DNA of 64,000 nucleotides from Patellaria atrata CBS 101060 (Eukaryota): the NCBI GenBank assembly GCA_010093705.1, contig MU006092.1, positions 688,623-752,622 of the forward strand. Reading direction: 5' to 3'. Below are positions 14,466 through 26,797 of the stretch, in pieces (the first letter of the stretch is position 1; every line of letters starts with the position of its first letter). The translations under genes were made by a program, and so were the position numbers. A model generated the notes under the pieces. That model was not told the DNA's origin. It was given only the letters and a program-made list of their open reading frames with translations, and made no database searches.

Positions 14466-15359
14466 ATGCCACGGTTCAATTCTCCGCTTTCTCACCTACA
14501 AACAACCCAAGGCCCCCGTTTCATCCACTACGGCGCTCCTCGACTTCTCCCTACCCACAATTCCCCCCAATGCCCCGATAACGCCTCCCCCCTCTTCTTC
14601 CTCCCCTCCTCCCGACCTTTCCATACCTCCTCGCCGCGATTAGCCTCCGAAGTAGAGAACCTGAGCTCCGACAACCACTATACCGCCCTCTCCCTCCCGC
14701 ACACCGCCACCGCCTCAGAGATCAAAAAGTCCTTCTACCGCCTCTCCAAGAAACACCACCCTGACCATAATCCAGACGATTCCGACGCCTCCACCCGCTT
14801 CGTACGCATCAGTGAGGCATACCACGTACTTGGCAGCCCAGAGAAACGCGCTGTGTATGATCGGGAGCTGGCGCGAGAGGAACACTCACACCACAACCAC
14901 CACGGAGGCGCACCGGGAAATCGCGGCTCATACTTCGGCGGCCATGCAGGTAGCCGCCCTGCCTCCGGGTTAAGCAGACGACGAACTACCTTCCGAGGAC
15001 CTCCTCCTTCCTTCTACCAGTCTGGAGGCTACGGCGCACATAGCGCGAAAAGGGAATCGCACCGCCCTAACGCACACCACGAATCTTCCGAATTTCACAC
15101 CGCAGAGGAGGCTGCGTCAGGGGGTTTTGGACCAGGTCAGGGTCAGGCGGGCTATGATCACGATGTTCCACATTGGAACCGCGAGGGGCATTTTCGGACA
15201 CAGGAGAGTGTGCTGGAGAGGCATACTAGGATGAAAAAGGAGAGGGACGAACGAAGAAGGGTTGCGGAAGAAGAGACGAGAGAAAATCTCATCCTGAGAT
15301 TCATCGTGGTGGGAGGGATTGTACTATTTGCGACTGCGGTAGGTGGAGCTCGTTTATGA
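14466..15359 (+). CDS. DnaJ-domain protein, likely mitochondrial membrane-anchored
   Basis: Presequence-like N-terminus, J-domain (HYTALSL...IKKSFYRLSKKHHPD...FVRISEAYHVLG), C-terminal TM. Exact 3' end could differ if an intron starts at GTAGGT near the end. Confidence 0.85.
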   Translation: MPRFNSPLSHLQTTQGPRFIHYGAPRLLPTHNSPQCPDNASPLFFLPSSRPFHTSSPRLASEVENLSSDNHYTALSLPHTATASEIKKSFYRLSKKHHPDHNPDDSDASTRFVRISEAYHVLGSPEKRAVYDRELAREEHSHHNHHGGAPGNRGSYFGGHAGSRPASGLSRRRTTFRGPPPSFYQSGGYGAHSAKRESHRPNAHHESSEFHTAEEAASGGFGPGQGQAGYDHDVPHWNREGHFRTQESVLERHTRMKKERDERRRVAEEETRENLILRFIVVGGIVLFATAVGGARL

Positions 15360-16040
15360 ACCTGCTGCATGATTCCTAGCATGAAGACCATCCGCAGTAT
15401 ACATAGTGTCCCCTACGTCATTATCTTTGTTCGGAGAAACGTCAGGATTTCGATTAAATAGTAATGACTGTGACGGCCCAGCCCCCTCGAGAGGTTAAGG
15501 GGAGTTGCGGGATATACGTTGCCCCGATCGTTACGGTAGTATGCGAACACGACTTATCATCTTTGTATTTACAATTTTTTTCTTAAATCACCTAAGCTTT
15601 GGTACAGCAGGATCATAGAACTTTTGAATTGCTGTACGTTGATAAACACGAGTAATACAGTGATAGATAAGTCTACCGGGCTTCACCTCGTACAAATCCT
15701 TACCTAAGTTGCCATTCGAACTATTAGTACCTTCTAACCCTAATCGTGTTCCTAACGTACGGTACGGCGCAATCATGGAACTTTTAAATGGCTGTACAGT
15801 AAGAAGCACGACTAATACAGCGACGGACAACTCTTCTGGACCTTACCTCGTACAAATCCGGAACAACACATACACGAGTGCACATGTTCATATGAAGATG
15901 TTCAAAGCAAGAATAAGCCCAGAGCGGGTATCACGAGTATTAATTGAGAGAAGCTAAGGGAAGATGCTGATACAGTTTACGAGGCTCCCAAATCTATACA
16001 TTCTGTCCCCCCTTTTATACAAGGGGTAGATTGAAGGAAT

Positions 16041-17310
16041 CTATCCCTCAAAGGTGAAGCTGGTACCAATCTTGTGCCCAGCTTCGTTCAACTTCTGGGT
16101 ATCGAATGAGGCACCAATGCCAAAAGTGAGGCCAGTGTTGACCTTGGTATTGTAGGCGACGGAAGCAATACCGCGGTCGTTAATCTTGGCCTAGAAAAGA
16201 GATCCCTGTTAGGATTCTGATGGATGATTCAAAAAGAATGTAGCAGCATACCTTGGCGAAGGACAAGGGGTCAATCTTGTACTTGCTGGCAAGCTCAAGA
16301 CCGACAGCTGAGCTAGTCTTAGCGTCCCAGCTGGCCTTGACACCCGTCTCAACAGCACTGTTGACCTTCTGGTAGTACGAAGCGGTGAAAACATTCAAGC
16401 TGTTGGTCGCGGTGACGGCAGCAGTGTACATCGGTGTCTGGTAGCCGACGGCAGCGGAGTAGCGGGTAACGGCAGCTTTTTGGACATCATAGCCGGCCTC
16501 ACCACCAACGAGGAAACCTTCGTGGCTGGCAACAGCATCAACGACAGCAGTCAACGCGCCACTAGGAGCATAGTCGACGAAGGCACGGGTGTTCACAATG
16601 CCTTGCTTCCAGAAGAAGTTCAACTTCGCACCCTTGTTGCCCTTCTCCGGGGAGAAAACATTCAAGGCCTCGACCTTGAGACCCTTCGTGATGGTGTTGT
16701 CAAGCTCGACCTTGGTAGTGAGGACGTTGGCAGTGTTCCAAGTCTCGGTGACGCTAATGCCTGGATCAAATCGAAATATCATCAGCGCCTGGAATTGGAT
16801 CTGCTTGCGCAGGGTTGGTATTGACGAAAAGAAAAGGGAGCAGTCGACATATTTTGTGCGGAGCAAGGGAGCCAAAAAGAGAATTTTTGAAAAACGGAGA
16901 GATATACCCTGGTCAAGGATTTTCTTTGCCTCCAACTACATTTATGGAGCGTTAGTTTTCGAAGTCCGCGATTGAAGATTGTACATAGAGATGTACCGAT
17001 GCGCTCAATGGCCCGTCGTGGGCAGAGGTGCCCTTTGTGGTCAATGAAACTCCATTGGGAGCCTTCAGCTTGACCTCAAGGATAGCTAGTAGGCCCGTGT
17101 TAGCTGAGGATTCGGGAAAAGAAAAAGTGATATTACTACCAGCAGCAGTATGGTAGAAGTCCTTATTGATAAGCTAGACAGCAGTCGTTAGTTCGCGGAC
17201 GGCTTATCCGAAGGTTAAAAGGAGCTACTTGCGTCATTCGACGGCTTCGCAATGTCTGCGAAAGCGGGAGTTGGGAGGAGAGGAGCGAGCTTGTCGTTCA
17301 CGGTAGCCAT
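16041..17310 (-). CDS. POR1: Mitochondrial outer-membrane porin (VDAC), multi-exon
   Basis: PAFADIAKPSND, NKDFYH, LEVKLKAPNG, TETWNTANVL, GFLVGGEAGYDV, FTASYYQKVNS, GHKIGTSFTFEG*. Confidence 0.95.
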
Positions 17311-18619
17311 CTTGAAAAGATTTGGAGAGAAAGAAGTTGAGATGGATGTAAGATATTGATAATGATGGATCGGGTGTTGTCAGGGAGCTTGCGCTTGAAA
17401 GGAAAAAAGAGTTGAGGTCTTCGGGAAAACACGATCTCTTCTTGGCAGGTTGGCAATGTTTGAGCACCTTGTGAACTTCCAGCAACCACTCGTTACCACT
17501 CGTTTCCACACGACAATGTCTTTGTCAGTTATTTCTCAACTCACCGAAGAATCACCTGTAGGTAGAGTTGTATCTACTTATGCAACATGGTTTGGCGATC
17601 TATAATGAGTCGACACCGGTCAATCGCGAGGAAACACTTTTCGGTGCCGAAAAATTCTCAAACCACTCCATCTCGGCATCACCTTCGCCCATCAGTAGGT
17701 TCCTCAATCGGTAAGGGTAACTTAAATCAGGACACGAATTCGCACAACCGGAGTATAAATACTTCTAAGTATCATAGGACCATGTCTAGAGACATAGCGA
17801 CCTCTAGCGACCGAAATTCTTTCCTGAATCTTGTTTAGTTCACACCAAATATTCTGATTTTATATCCCTTACCTCTTTGCGTTTAACCGTTATCGGAAAT
17901 CTACCACTCTTCTAACAATCTTCTTGATATTCCTTCTTATCGATATCAAAATGCTGATCAAGGCTCTTTCAAAGGATGTGTTTAACCGGAAACAACTTAC
18001 CAAACAGTGGAAGTCTTGGTGAATACACACGAGTATCATATTTTCTCATATTTTTTCTTCAAAGCCTTAGTTAATTATGGCTTATACTCGAATACAACCG
18101 AGTGTCAGTTGTCTGAAGCGACATTTTCTGGGGAACTCGATCAGTGCTGGTTCCTCTACCCTTGTACGTAGCTGAGCGTTCTCCTTGCCTATGTGGCAGT
18201 ATGCAAGCTTGCGAGCTATACCAGCCTTGTGTCAGCCGCTTTTCCAACGAAGCAGGCACCAACTGCCTTATTCGAAGAGGGTTTTATGATGATACCTTTG
18301 TAGTTAAAGGTAAGGTTCACATGTCCGTAGAAACCGAGGAACCACCCTGGCGATCTCAGGTCTTGACACTGTATGTGTAATTTTATCGTACTTCAGCCAC
18401 TTGAAGCTTGAACAGAAAGTCATTGTTAATATTGATTAAAGTTAATCACATCAGACATGCAATCCAACATGCTTGCGACATGTTGCATTTTTCCTTCTAT
18501 AGCCGACAGTTCTTTCTTTCCGTCTTATATAAGCTTTTTTATATCTGAACACATAATAGTCTAAATAGTTCCTCTATCCCTAATACGAGCGACGTAATAC
18601 ATTTAACATGACGACACCC

Positions 18620-19884
18620 TTAAGGATTATACCCAACCTCACCTAACCCATTCTTCAACGCATCGATAGCTTTCTCAATATCTCCTCTATTCGGATCTAC
18701 CACACTAACGCCCATATGTCCAAACCGGATATATTTCGTGGCAATCTCCTTATGCAGACCTCCAGCGAATACGACCCCCTTCTTCAGCAGATTCGGTAGT
18801 ACTTCGGGTGGAGTGATGCCATCTGGAAGATATATCGCCGTCATGCCATTTGCCTGATTTTCAGGTTTCATGGCCAGTTGTTTGAGCCCTAGGTCTGCCA
18901 CAGCTTTCTTAATTTTTTGCGAGGCCGCGCGATGAGCCGCGAAACGTTCGTCTAGGGGTTTGGAGAGGATTTGTGTGAGGGAGGTGTGGAGGGCGTGGAT
19001 GAGCTGCGGAGAGGGGGTGGCGAAGTAGGATGGTTTCTTTGCCTCGTAGTTTTGCATTACTGAGAGGATAACATGTGAGCGTCTGCTAAGGATAGGAATT
19101 GAAATGGAAACATACTTGGCAACCAATTCTTCCATGATGCGAAATACGATGTTGGTCTTGTTTTCCGTGCCTTGAAGCGCTCAATGGCACGACCAGATGC
19201 CATGAGTATACTTAACCCAGCTGGAACACCAATCCCTTTTTGGCTTGCGGTGAGGACGACATCGAGACCCCAGTCGTCAAAGCGAATCTCTTCAGAGCCG
19301 ACGCTGCAGACGCCATCCACGACTACTAATGTATTCGGACTGACTCTATGTACCAACTCTGAGAGCGCTTGGATTTCACTTAACACACCTGTTGAAGTGT
19401 CGACGTGCGTTACTGTCAGGATCTTGTACTCTTTTTCTGTCAAAGCCTTCTCCACCTCGTCCAATTGTGGTCTGTCTCCTATAGGCGCCCTCAATTGGGT
19501 TGCCTTTGCACCGTACGTCTCGAAGCAGTCGGCGAATGAATCCGCAAAGTAACCGGTGTGGAGGACGAGCACCTCATCACCAGGCTCTGATAGATTCGCG
19601 GCCACTTGGTCCCATCCTAACGTTCCAGAACCGGAGATGACGAAAGGTTGAGATGTGGGATTTGTTGTCTGGAATAGCTGACGTAGCATTGATAGTGTCT
19701 CGCCGAATGCTTTCACGAAGGGGGCGCCGACATGAGATTCACTGTACTGGTCAATATGTGATGTTCGATGTGATACAATGGGACGCATAGAATACCTGTA
19801 ATGGCTCATCGACTGGAGAACAGCATCATCGAACTCAATTGGCCCTGGAATCAGGAGGGCCGGGTGTTCTGGCTGACTAGACAT
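18620..19884 (-). CDS. AGX1: Alanine-glyoxylate aminotransferase (class V PLP enzyme), AUG-initiated form
   Basis: LLIPGP, SGSGTLGWD, THVDTSTG, VDGVCS, PLP-lysine motif TASQKGIGVPAG, SYFATP, YIRFGHMG. Introns 19795-19742 and 19115-19060. Confidence 0.92.
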
Positions 19885-20635
19885 CTTGCTCGATGTCTGT
19901 GTACTTTTATCCACAAGCTTTGATCTGAAGGGGTTGGGAGCAATATACTCGATGTCGTCTTCCGGGGATGCCGCTCTTTCTGTAGAAAATGGAGTGTTTA
20001 GTTCCACAAAGGGCCTTGTGTCTAAGTGTCTCGAGATGAGACTGAGTCGTGATGCAGCGCGTGAGGGAGCGTGGGGAGCCAGTATGAATGCGGGGAGGGA
20101 TGACGATGTGGAGGGGTAAAAAAGCCTTCGTAGTCCAGAAGCCAGGGTGATTGATTTGTTAGCTGTATACAGCCCGCAATTGATATACAATTCTGTACAA
20201 TATATACGAGATCCCAATCTTCTTTCGGCAAGTTCCAATTGTTCAGATGAGAATTTTTATACGGAATCAACGCGCACTTCTCCGCCTCCCGCAACTGTAT
20301 TCCTTTTGAGGGCAAAATCTAGGAGAACTATGGAGCCAGATAATCCTGCTACTGTCCTTTTTCGTCTCAGGGGGAATCGCGCGAGAATTGGAACCGGTAT
20401 AGGAACAGATAGAATCGTTAGAAACCCGGCGCAATGGATATATCGGAAGCAATTTGTAAGGTAGACTCAATGGACCTTCATTCAAAAACAAAACATTGGG
20501 CGAGTCAGCGCATCGGCTGTGCCTGCCAAGATCTCGCGCCTCTGGGGTCTATCACGCCGTTAGGCGTCATTAGAATCTTCCCCGAGTCGACGACAACAGC
20601 ACCAAATACTACATTGACATCTCCATGATACCGGC

Positions 20636-21405
20636 ATGACTTCGAGATTGGTGCTATGTCTGGGAGATCTGTTTATACCAGATAGAGCTTCGGTAAGTCA
20701 GCTCCAAATCTAATACCAAACCATCTATAGCTCGTGCATTAAGCTCACATACGATTAGGGAATTCCCGCAAAGGTACTGTAAACCGCTTGACCCGAAATA
20801 AATTCCATGACACTCATGTCTTGTAGTTTAAAAAACTCTTAGCCCCCGGCAAAATTGGCCAAATCCTTTGTCTGGGCAACCTCACCGATAAAGAGACCTT
20901 CGAATTCCTACGAGGCATAGCCCCGGATCTACAGATAGTGAAAGGCGATTTCGATGTCGAAGCACCAAACCTAGCTCTCTCGAAAGTCGTTACGCATGGC
21001 TCACTTCGCATTGGCTTCACCCATGGCCATACTATCATTCCTCCGGGAGATGCAGATAGTTTGCTGATCGCGGCGCGGCAGATGGATGTTGATATACTGT
21101 TATGGGGCGGGACACATAGATTCGAGGCATATGAACTCGAAGGGAAGTTTTTCGTCAATCCTGGAAGCGCTACGGGAGCAATGACGACGGGCTGGTGGCC
21201 GGAGGCCGAGGATCCAACACCCAGCTTTGTCTTAATGGATGTACGTTTATTCGAACTCTTTAAGACATGATAGACATGCTTACTCTGCATGCAGGTGCAA
21301 GGAGACGTATTAGTGCTGTACGTTTATCAACTACGAAAAGACGCGAATGGAGTGGAGGCCGTTGGTGTGGAAAAGGTCTCGTACCGAAAAAATGGTGGTA
21401 CTTAA
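20636..21405 (+). CDS. VPS29: Retromer subunit Vps29 (multi-exon)
   Basis: MTSRLVLCLGDLFIPDRA, 15-nt micro-exon 20759-20773, ILCLGNL, VKGDFD, GFTHGH, LLWGGTH, FFVNPGSATGA, SFVLMD. Confidence 0.95.
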
Positions 21406-22762
21406 GAACTGTTGTCTTAAAATATTTGCGAATAATACGAGGTGAACTTCAGATCTCTTGAAGATTTATATATTCTATCCTCACTTCGGCTTGAACAACT
21501 ACTACTAAACTTTAGCTCTATATTGGATGTGATTTTCAGCGCTCTATAGACGCTTTAACCTCTTCATCCACCAATCAATGCCTAATCAATATTAGTGAAC
21601 GACTTATTTCTTCAGACGTAACAGGCAACATGAAGCGTTACAAATCTCCTGAGCAAGTTTAAAGTCTTGCATTGCTGCTTTGAAAGAGGTTTATATACCC
21701 AAGCTTTTCTCCATGAGAATTCCACCCCTAACTGAATTCCTTTCAAACAGACATCTCCTTATCCCTTTCTGTCTATTATCTGCACCATTTTTTATCGGAC
21801 ATTCTTTCTATCCCTCGTTCTCGGTATAAAAAGATAGTACAGGAACAACGTGGAGCGATTCACGAAATCTATTGCACCGATGGAAAGCATCCCGGTCTAT
21901 TCAGCTTATAACTAATTGTAAAATGTATGGCCGGCAATCAGATCAGTCCTACTGAGAGACTATTAGACGGTGCAATGGTCAAAATCTCCACATCTATTAT
22001 ATTACGTCGCAACCCGTTTTACACATTTCAAATCTAAATCTTCATTTGTTCTTTGGTATTTGATGTTCTGTTTTGAAGGTCCCGGGGGGATAGAGCAAGA
22101 ATCTCTAGCATCTATAGTGTCTCGAGAGCTTTGCTCTCCTTCATTTCTCGCATAACGAACTATTCGGGCTCTACAGGGTTTTCAGAGTCCTATTTGTGAT
22201 AGGATCTCAGGACGATACCAGTAGATATGGTCAGAATTTTATCACTACTTCACAAGCTCCGTCTTTCGGACATTGATATCTCCCTTTGCTGCGAAGAGGG
22301 CGCTGGTAGGAGTCCGAGAACGGGGGAGTTAGCTCGAAGATTGGGAGAAGAGATAACTAAATGATTACATTGAAGAGTTTCTGGTAGTCTTCTGGGAGCC
22401 TGTGTTGGCGAATATATTATTCACACGGTCTGCGGTTGTATGGAGCTTTGGTTTAGGTATCGCTAAATGCTGAAGACCTTCTGCTTTGTTGTGATGGGGT
22501 ATAGTGAAGTACCCTCCTAAACCGTATAGGCACTCCGAATTGTAAAATCACTTGATAAAATTATCTTCAATACGTATTTGACATAGAAATGTGGTCATGA
22601 GAAGGAGGCGCACTAAAAGGGAGTTACAATGCGCTAGGGCCATGTCAGCAGGGGTTCAAACAATCCCTGAAAATCAAAGCTCTCCCGTCTGACGAATCTG
22701 TCTTTGATACCCGCATTCAGAGTCTTCCTCATCTCCGACCAAGATGCTCCAGCGATAATGCG

Positions 22763-24782
22763 ATGGCAAAGTACGAACTTCACAATGTCCGCAAAACTGA
22801 GCAACACGATTCCGACAACGAAGAGGCCCGTTCGCTCCTATCGGAAGGCTCGGAGGACAGTGACATAATCGTTCACTCAGGAGACCACGCTCCTAAACCT
22901 CCAGACCAACCGAGACGGCAGTCTTCTTTTGCGCAAAGAAGGCCAGACGGTATACCGAGAACACCGAACCGAGTGAGGTTCGATGTTGAGCCGAATGGGC
23001 ATGTGGAAGAGTGGATCGAGGAAGAGGACTACATAGGAAATGGGGCACCCCACGGGAGTGGAAGACAACAAGGACAACATGGACAACGGCTCCCTCTGCT
23101 GACAGGTATTGAGGCACCTAGCGTTACACTTGCTAGTGACGTTGATACCGATGATGAAGACCCCTTGGAAAGCGCCAGGCCAAAAAGTGGTATGTGGAGC
23201 GCTTTCATGAATATGGCGAATAGTATCATGTAAGATAGCCCAGTCCCTAGGATAGGAGTCCTAAATTTAATATAAACTTTTCTTCTGACCCTGTCTAAGT
23301 GGCGCCGGTATCATTGGTCAACCATATGCATTCCGTCAAGCGGGTCTCATCACAGGCACGATCTTGCTCGTTGCACTCACAGTGACTGTAGATTGGACCA
23401 TCCGTCTCATTGTCATTAACTCCAAGTTAAGCGGTGCAAACTCATTTCAAACAACGGTAGAATACTGCTTCGGAAAATCCGGACTTATTGCAATTTCAGT
23501 AGCCCAGTGGGCATTGTAAGTTATTTCATCTGAACATACTGTCCATATACTAAGACAACTGGAAGTGCATTTGGCGGTATGGTTGCTTTCTGCATTATAG
23601 TAGGAGATACAATTCCGCACGTCTTTCTCGCTCTCTTTCCCTCTATCCCGAACATGCATTTTCTCTGGCTTCTAACGGACCGGCGGGCTGTAATTGTAAT
23701 TTTCATTTTGGGTATTTCCTATCCTCTTTCGTTGTATAGAGATATTGCCAAGGTATGTAACCACTTTCCTATGGAAATTCAAGTATTAACGATTGATAGC
23801 TTGCAAAAGCAAGTACATTGGCCATTATTAGCATGAGCATCATTATCTTCACCGTAGTCACACAAGGTGTTCGCATACCAGCGGAGCTTAAAGGTCCTAT
23901 AAAAGGCTCGATTATCATAAATTCTGGCGTTTTTCAGGCTATTGGGGTTATATCCTTTGGTAAGACCCAACTGAATTTGAACTCGGACTCGTTATGGTTA
24001 CTTTACTAACATTTAATGTAGCATTTGTTTGCCGTAAGTATAATTAGAGACCTTCCCTTAAAATTCCACCCCTAATTCATTACTATAGATCACAATAGCC
24101 TTTTGATTTATGGCTCTCTTCAAAAACCGACTTTGGATCGTTTTGCGCGGGTGACGCACTGGTCTACAGGAATTTCCATGATAGCATGTTTGATTATGGC
24201 CTTCTCTGGGTATCTCACCTTCGGGAACAAAACTCAGGGCAATGTTCTGAATAACTTCCCAACCGATAATATTATGGTTAATATCGCTCGACTGCATGTC
24301 CACACCCCCTCAAAATCCGCACTTCTTCAACTAATTATCATAGATGTTTCGGCCTCAATATGCTAACAACCCTTCCCCTCGAGGCCTTTGTCTGTCGGGA
24401 GGTTATGACAAACTACTATTTCCCCGACGAACTATGGAACCCGAACCGGCATCTCATCTTCACGACGTCTCTGGTCGTGACTGCCATGACGCTGAGTCTT
24501 ATGACTTGCGATCTTGGTGCTGTGTTTGAGCTCATTGGTGCGACGAGCGCATGCGCATTAGCGTATATTCTTCCCCCCTTGTGTTATATTAAGCTAAGTA
24601 CGAGGAGTTGGAAGACGTATTGTGCTATTGGATGCGTTGCGTTTGGGAGTGCGGTATTCGTTATCAGTCTGCTTCAAGCCATTGTGCAGATCGTGAGGAG
24701 TGAGTAAGAAGGATATGAATCTACCACTGATCGCGCTGACTGGAAACTCGTAGATGAGGGTGGGACTCACCAATGCAGCTAA
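22763..24782 (+). CDS. Aa_trans-family (vacuolar AVT2-like) amino acid transporter, multi-exon
   Basis: KSGMWSAFMNMANSI|GAGIIGQPYAFRQAG, AFGGMVAFCIIVGDTIP, AFVCHHNS via a 12-nt micro-exon, TTLPLEAFVCRE, ELIGATSACALAYILPP. Confidence 0.9.
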
Positions 24783-26220
24783 CAGGAAACGAGCGGTCCA
24801 CTAAGATTCCCTGATGCTAAGACTACACTCGGGGCAACTAGCCGATATCCAAAAAAAGTCAGTATTGCCGCTTCGCTATCGATGGAAATAGCTTTTCATA
24901 TCGACGATGATCGAACCCATACTGACGATTGTATAGTGCGGATCGCTGCAAGGGGCAAGTGGGAAATAGTTTCTCGTGGTAAAGCGAGGGCTAATGATAC
25001 TCGAGAAAATTTCGAGAAATCGCAGTATGCAAACTTTTGCAATATTATGAAGTGTACAATAATTTGTAAAGTTGCCGAAACAAAACTGAATAGGGGTGTT
25101 GGGCGTCCTGTAGGAACTACTTTATAGACATACAGGAGATATATATTTACAGAAGAGTGAATTGAGAATTTTCCTCTGCACGGAGCGGAATACTCTGCCT
25201 GCTGATCCTTACCTGATGTGCCAGAAGGATATCCCTTCCCCTGGATGGCATTCTTCACTTAGTATACTGTACGATTGCTGCCAAAATAGTCTTTGACTGT
25301 ACGATATAAGATGACCATGCTGTATTTCATGATTTAGAGTACTTAAACCGTTATGAAATTTGAGAGCAGAAATCAGCATTCAGCCGATCAGTTCAGATAT
25401 GAGATGGATCCCTTTTGTACAGCAAGAGTACAGCAGCTGAAGTATGCCCGTCTTATGAACGAGAAAATATAAGAACTATGCCCATACCCTAAAAGGATAC
25501 TGTAAGAACAAAACTTAAAGAAATTGGCCAGGATTTATCCCTATGTGTATAGGATCTAGTTATTCTCGTTCTCTGAGTGGTCCATTATTCGCATTCTAAA
25601 AATAGCCCGTTCTCGTCTAATCTTTGGCTTCGGGATTTTTCTTTCAACGTCTCTTCCAAGTTACAGAACAAAGTTAGAAAGAAATTCCGCTTCATCATCA
25701 TCATTCTTGAGTCCTGAATATTGGTTATTTTGCTTTTTCGAAAGGGTAAAGATGGATAACCGTCGAAGTTCACAGTGCGTTGAGGAGCACAATAGGACTC
25801 ACCTACCCCATAGTCCTATACTCTACCCTAAGCTTATATCACCGTGGTCAGGGTCTGATATCACAAGGAGAAATAGTTAAAAAGTATGAGACAAGAAGGT
25901 ACGAATAGCGGAACTGTTAATTAGATGCGCATAAGGAGAAACCCGCCCGATACCTATATCCTAAAATCAGTGTGCTTGTACTATGCATTACGTCTGTCTT
26001 CATACTATCTCCACCGTCTCTCTATCTTGAGCTTACATACTAGCTGCCGCAACCGTACCATGGCCCGAACTCTCAAGTCCCAGAACCCGAACTCTCAAAG
26101 CACTGTACATCCGTTCAATCGTCCCGTACGTTCTCAATACCCTATATACCGCCCCTATCTCCAGCGAAACCCTTCAAAGGTGCCTTCCTAATCCTCATTC
26201 CCTTTGTCCTACTCTCCTCC

Positions 26221-26797
26221 TCACATGAACAACCTGCTCAAATCCGGCATCTTCGTACCGCCCTCCCTGGGCGGACACGCCTCGCACAGCTCGTGCTCGC
26301 ATGCTGTGCAGCTCTTCGTAATGGCACTACCGCACCGACAGCACCTGTATGGAGGCTGGGGTGCCTCGTCCGGGCTGTGAGCATTACGGAATACGGGAGG
26401 ATGAGGGGTCGAGAAACGCCTACGGGAAGAGCATCCCACGGATCGGGAGCTCTCACGCACCTCCTCGGTGGTCTCAGGCGCTGTCGTCAACTCTGCACTG
26501 ATAGCCGATTCTGTAACCGTCGCTCCGAAGGAGACGACGCGCTTGTGGGACTTGCGGGGCCTGTTGGGAGTGTTAGTTACAGGCGGGGGGGAAGGGGATG
26601 GAAAATGCGTACGGCTTAACTGAGCTGGTGTCCTCGGGCCCTTCCTTACGATCGGAGGACTCTTTAGTATTGGGCCTCCGGTATGGATGGTAGCGATTGG
26701 GTGTTGTGGATTTAGGGAGGGATTTGCGCCCCGGAGGAGTTATTTCCTTTGATTCGCTTTGGGTCTCAGCTTTGTTCTGGATTCCTTGGTCTACCAT
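26221..26797 (-). CDS. Small orphan protein with C-terminal Cys-rich zinc-ribbon-like domain
   Basis: ORFs 26573-26797 and 26221-26490 join in frame via intron 26612-26561 (GTACGC..ACTAAC..CAG). Motif YRCCRCG-x6-CTACEHELCEAC. Confidence 0.65.

Noticed and set aside
15348..15359. C-terminal ARL (PTS1-like) on the DnaJ protein
   Set aside because: It sits immediately after a TM helix in a protein with a mitochondrial-type N-terminus, and a possible GTAGGT donor could change the true C-terminus.
19057..20238. 393-aa ORF starting at TTG 20238 as the AGX1 start
   Set aside because: That TTG lies only ~15 nt from the TATA box and is probably upstream of the TSS. The CTG at 20145 has much better context.
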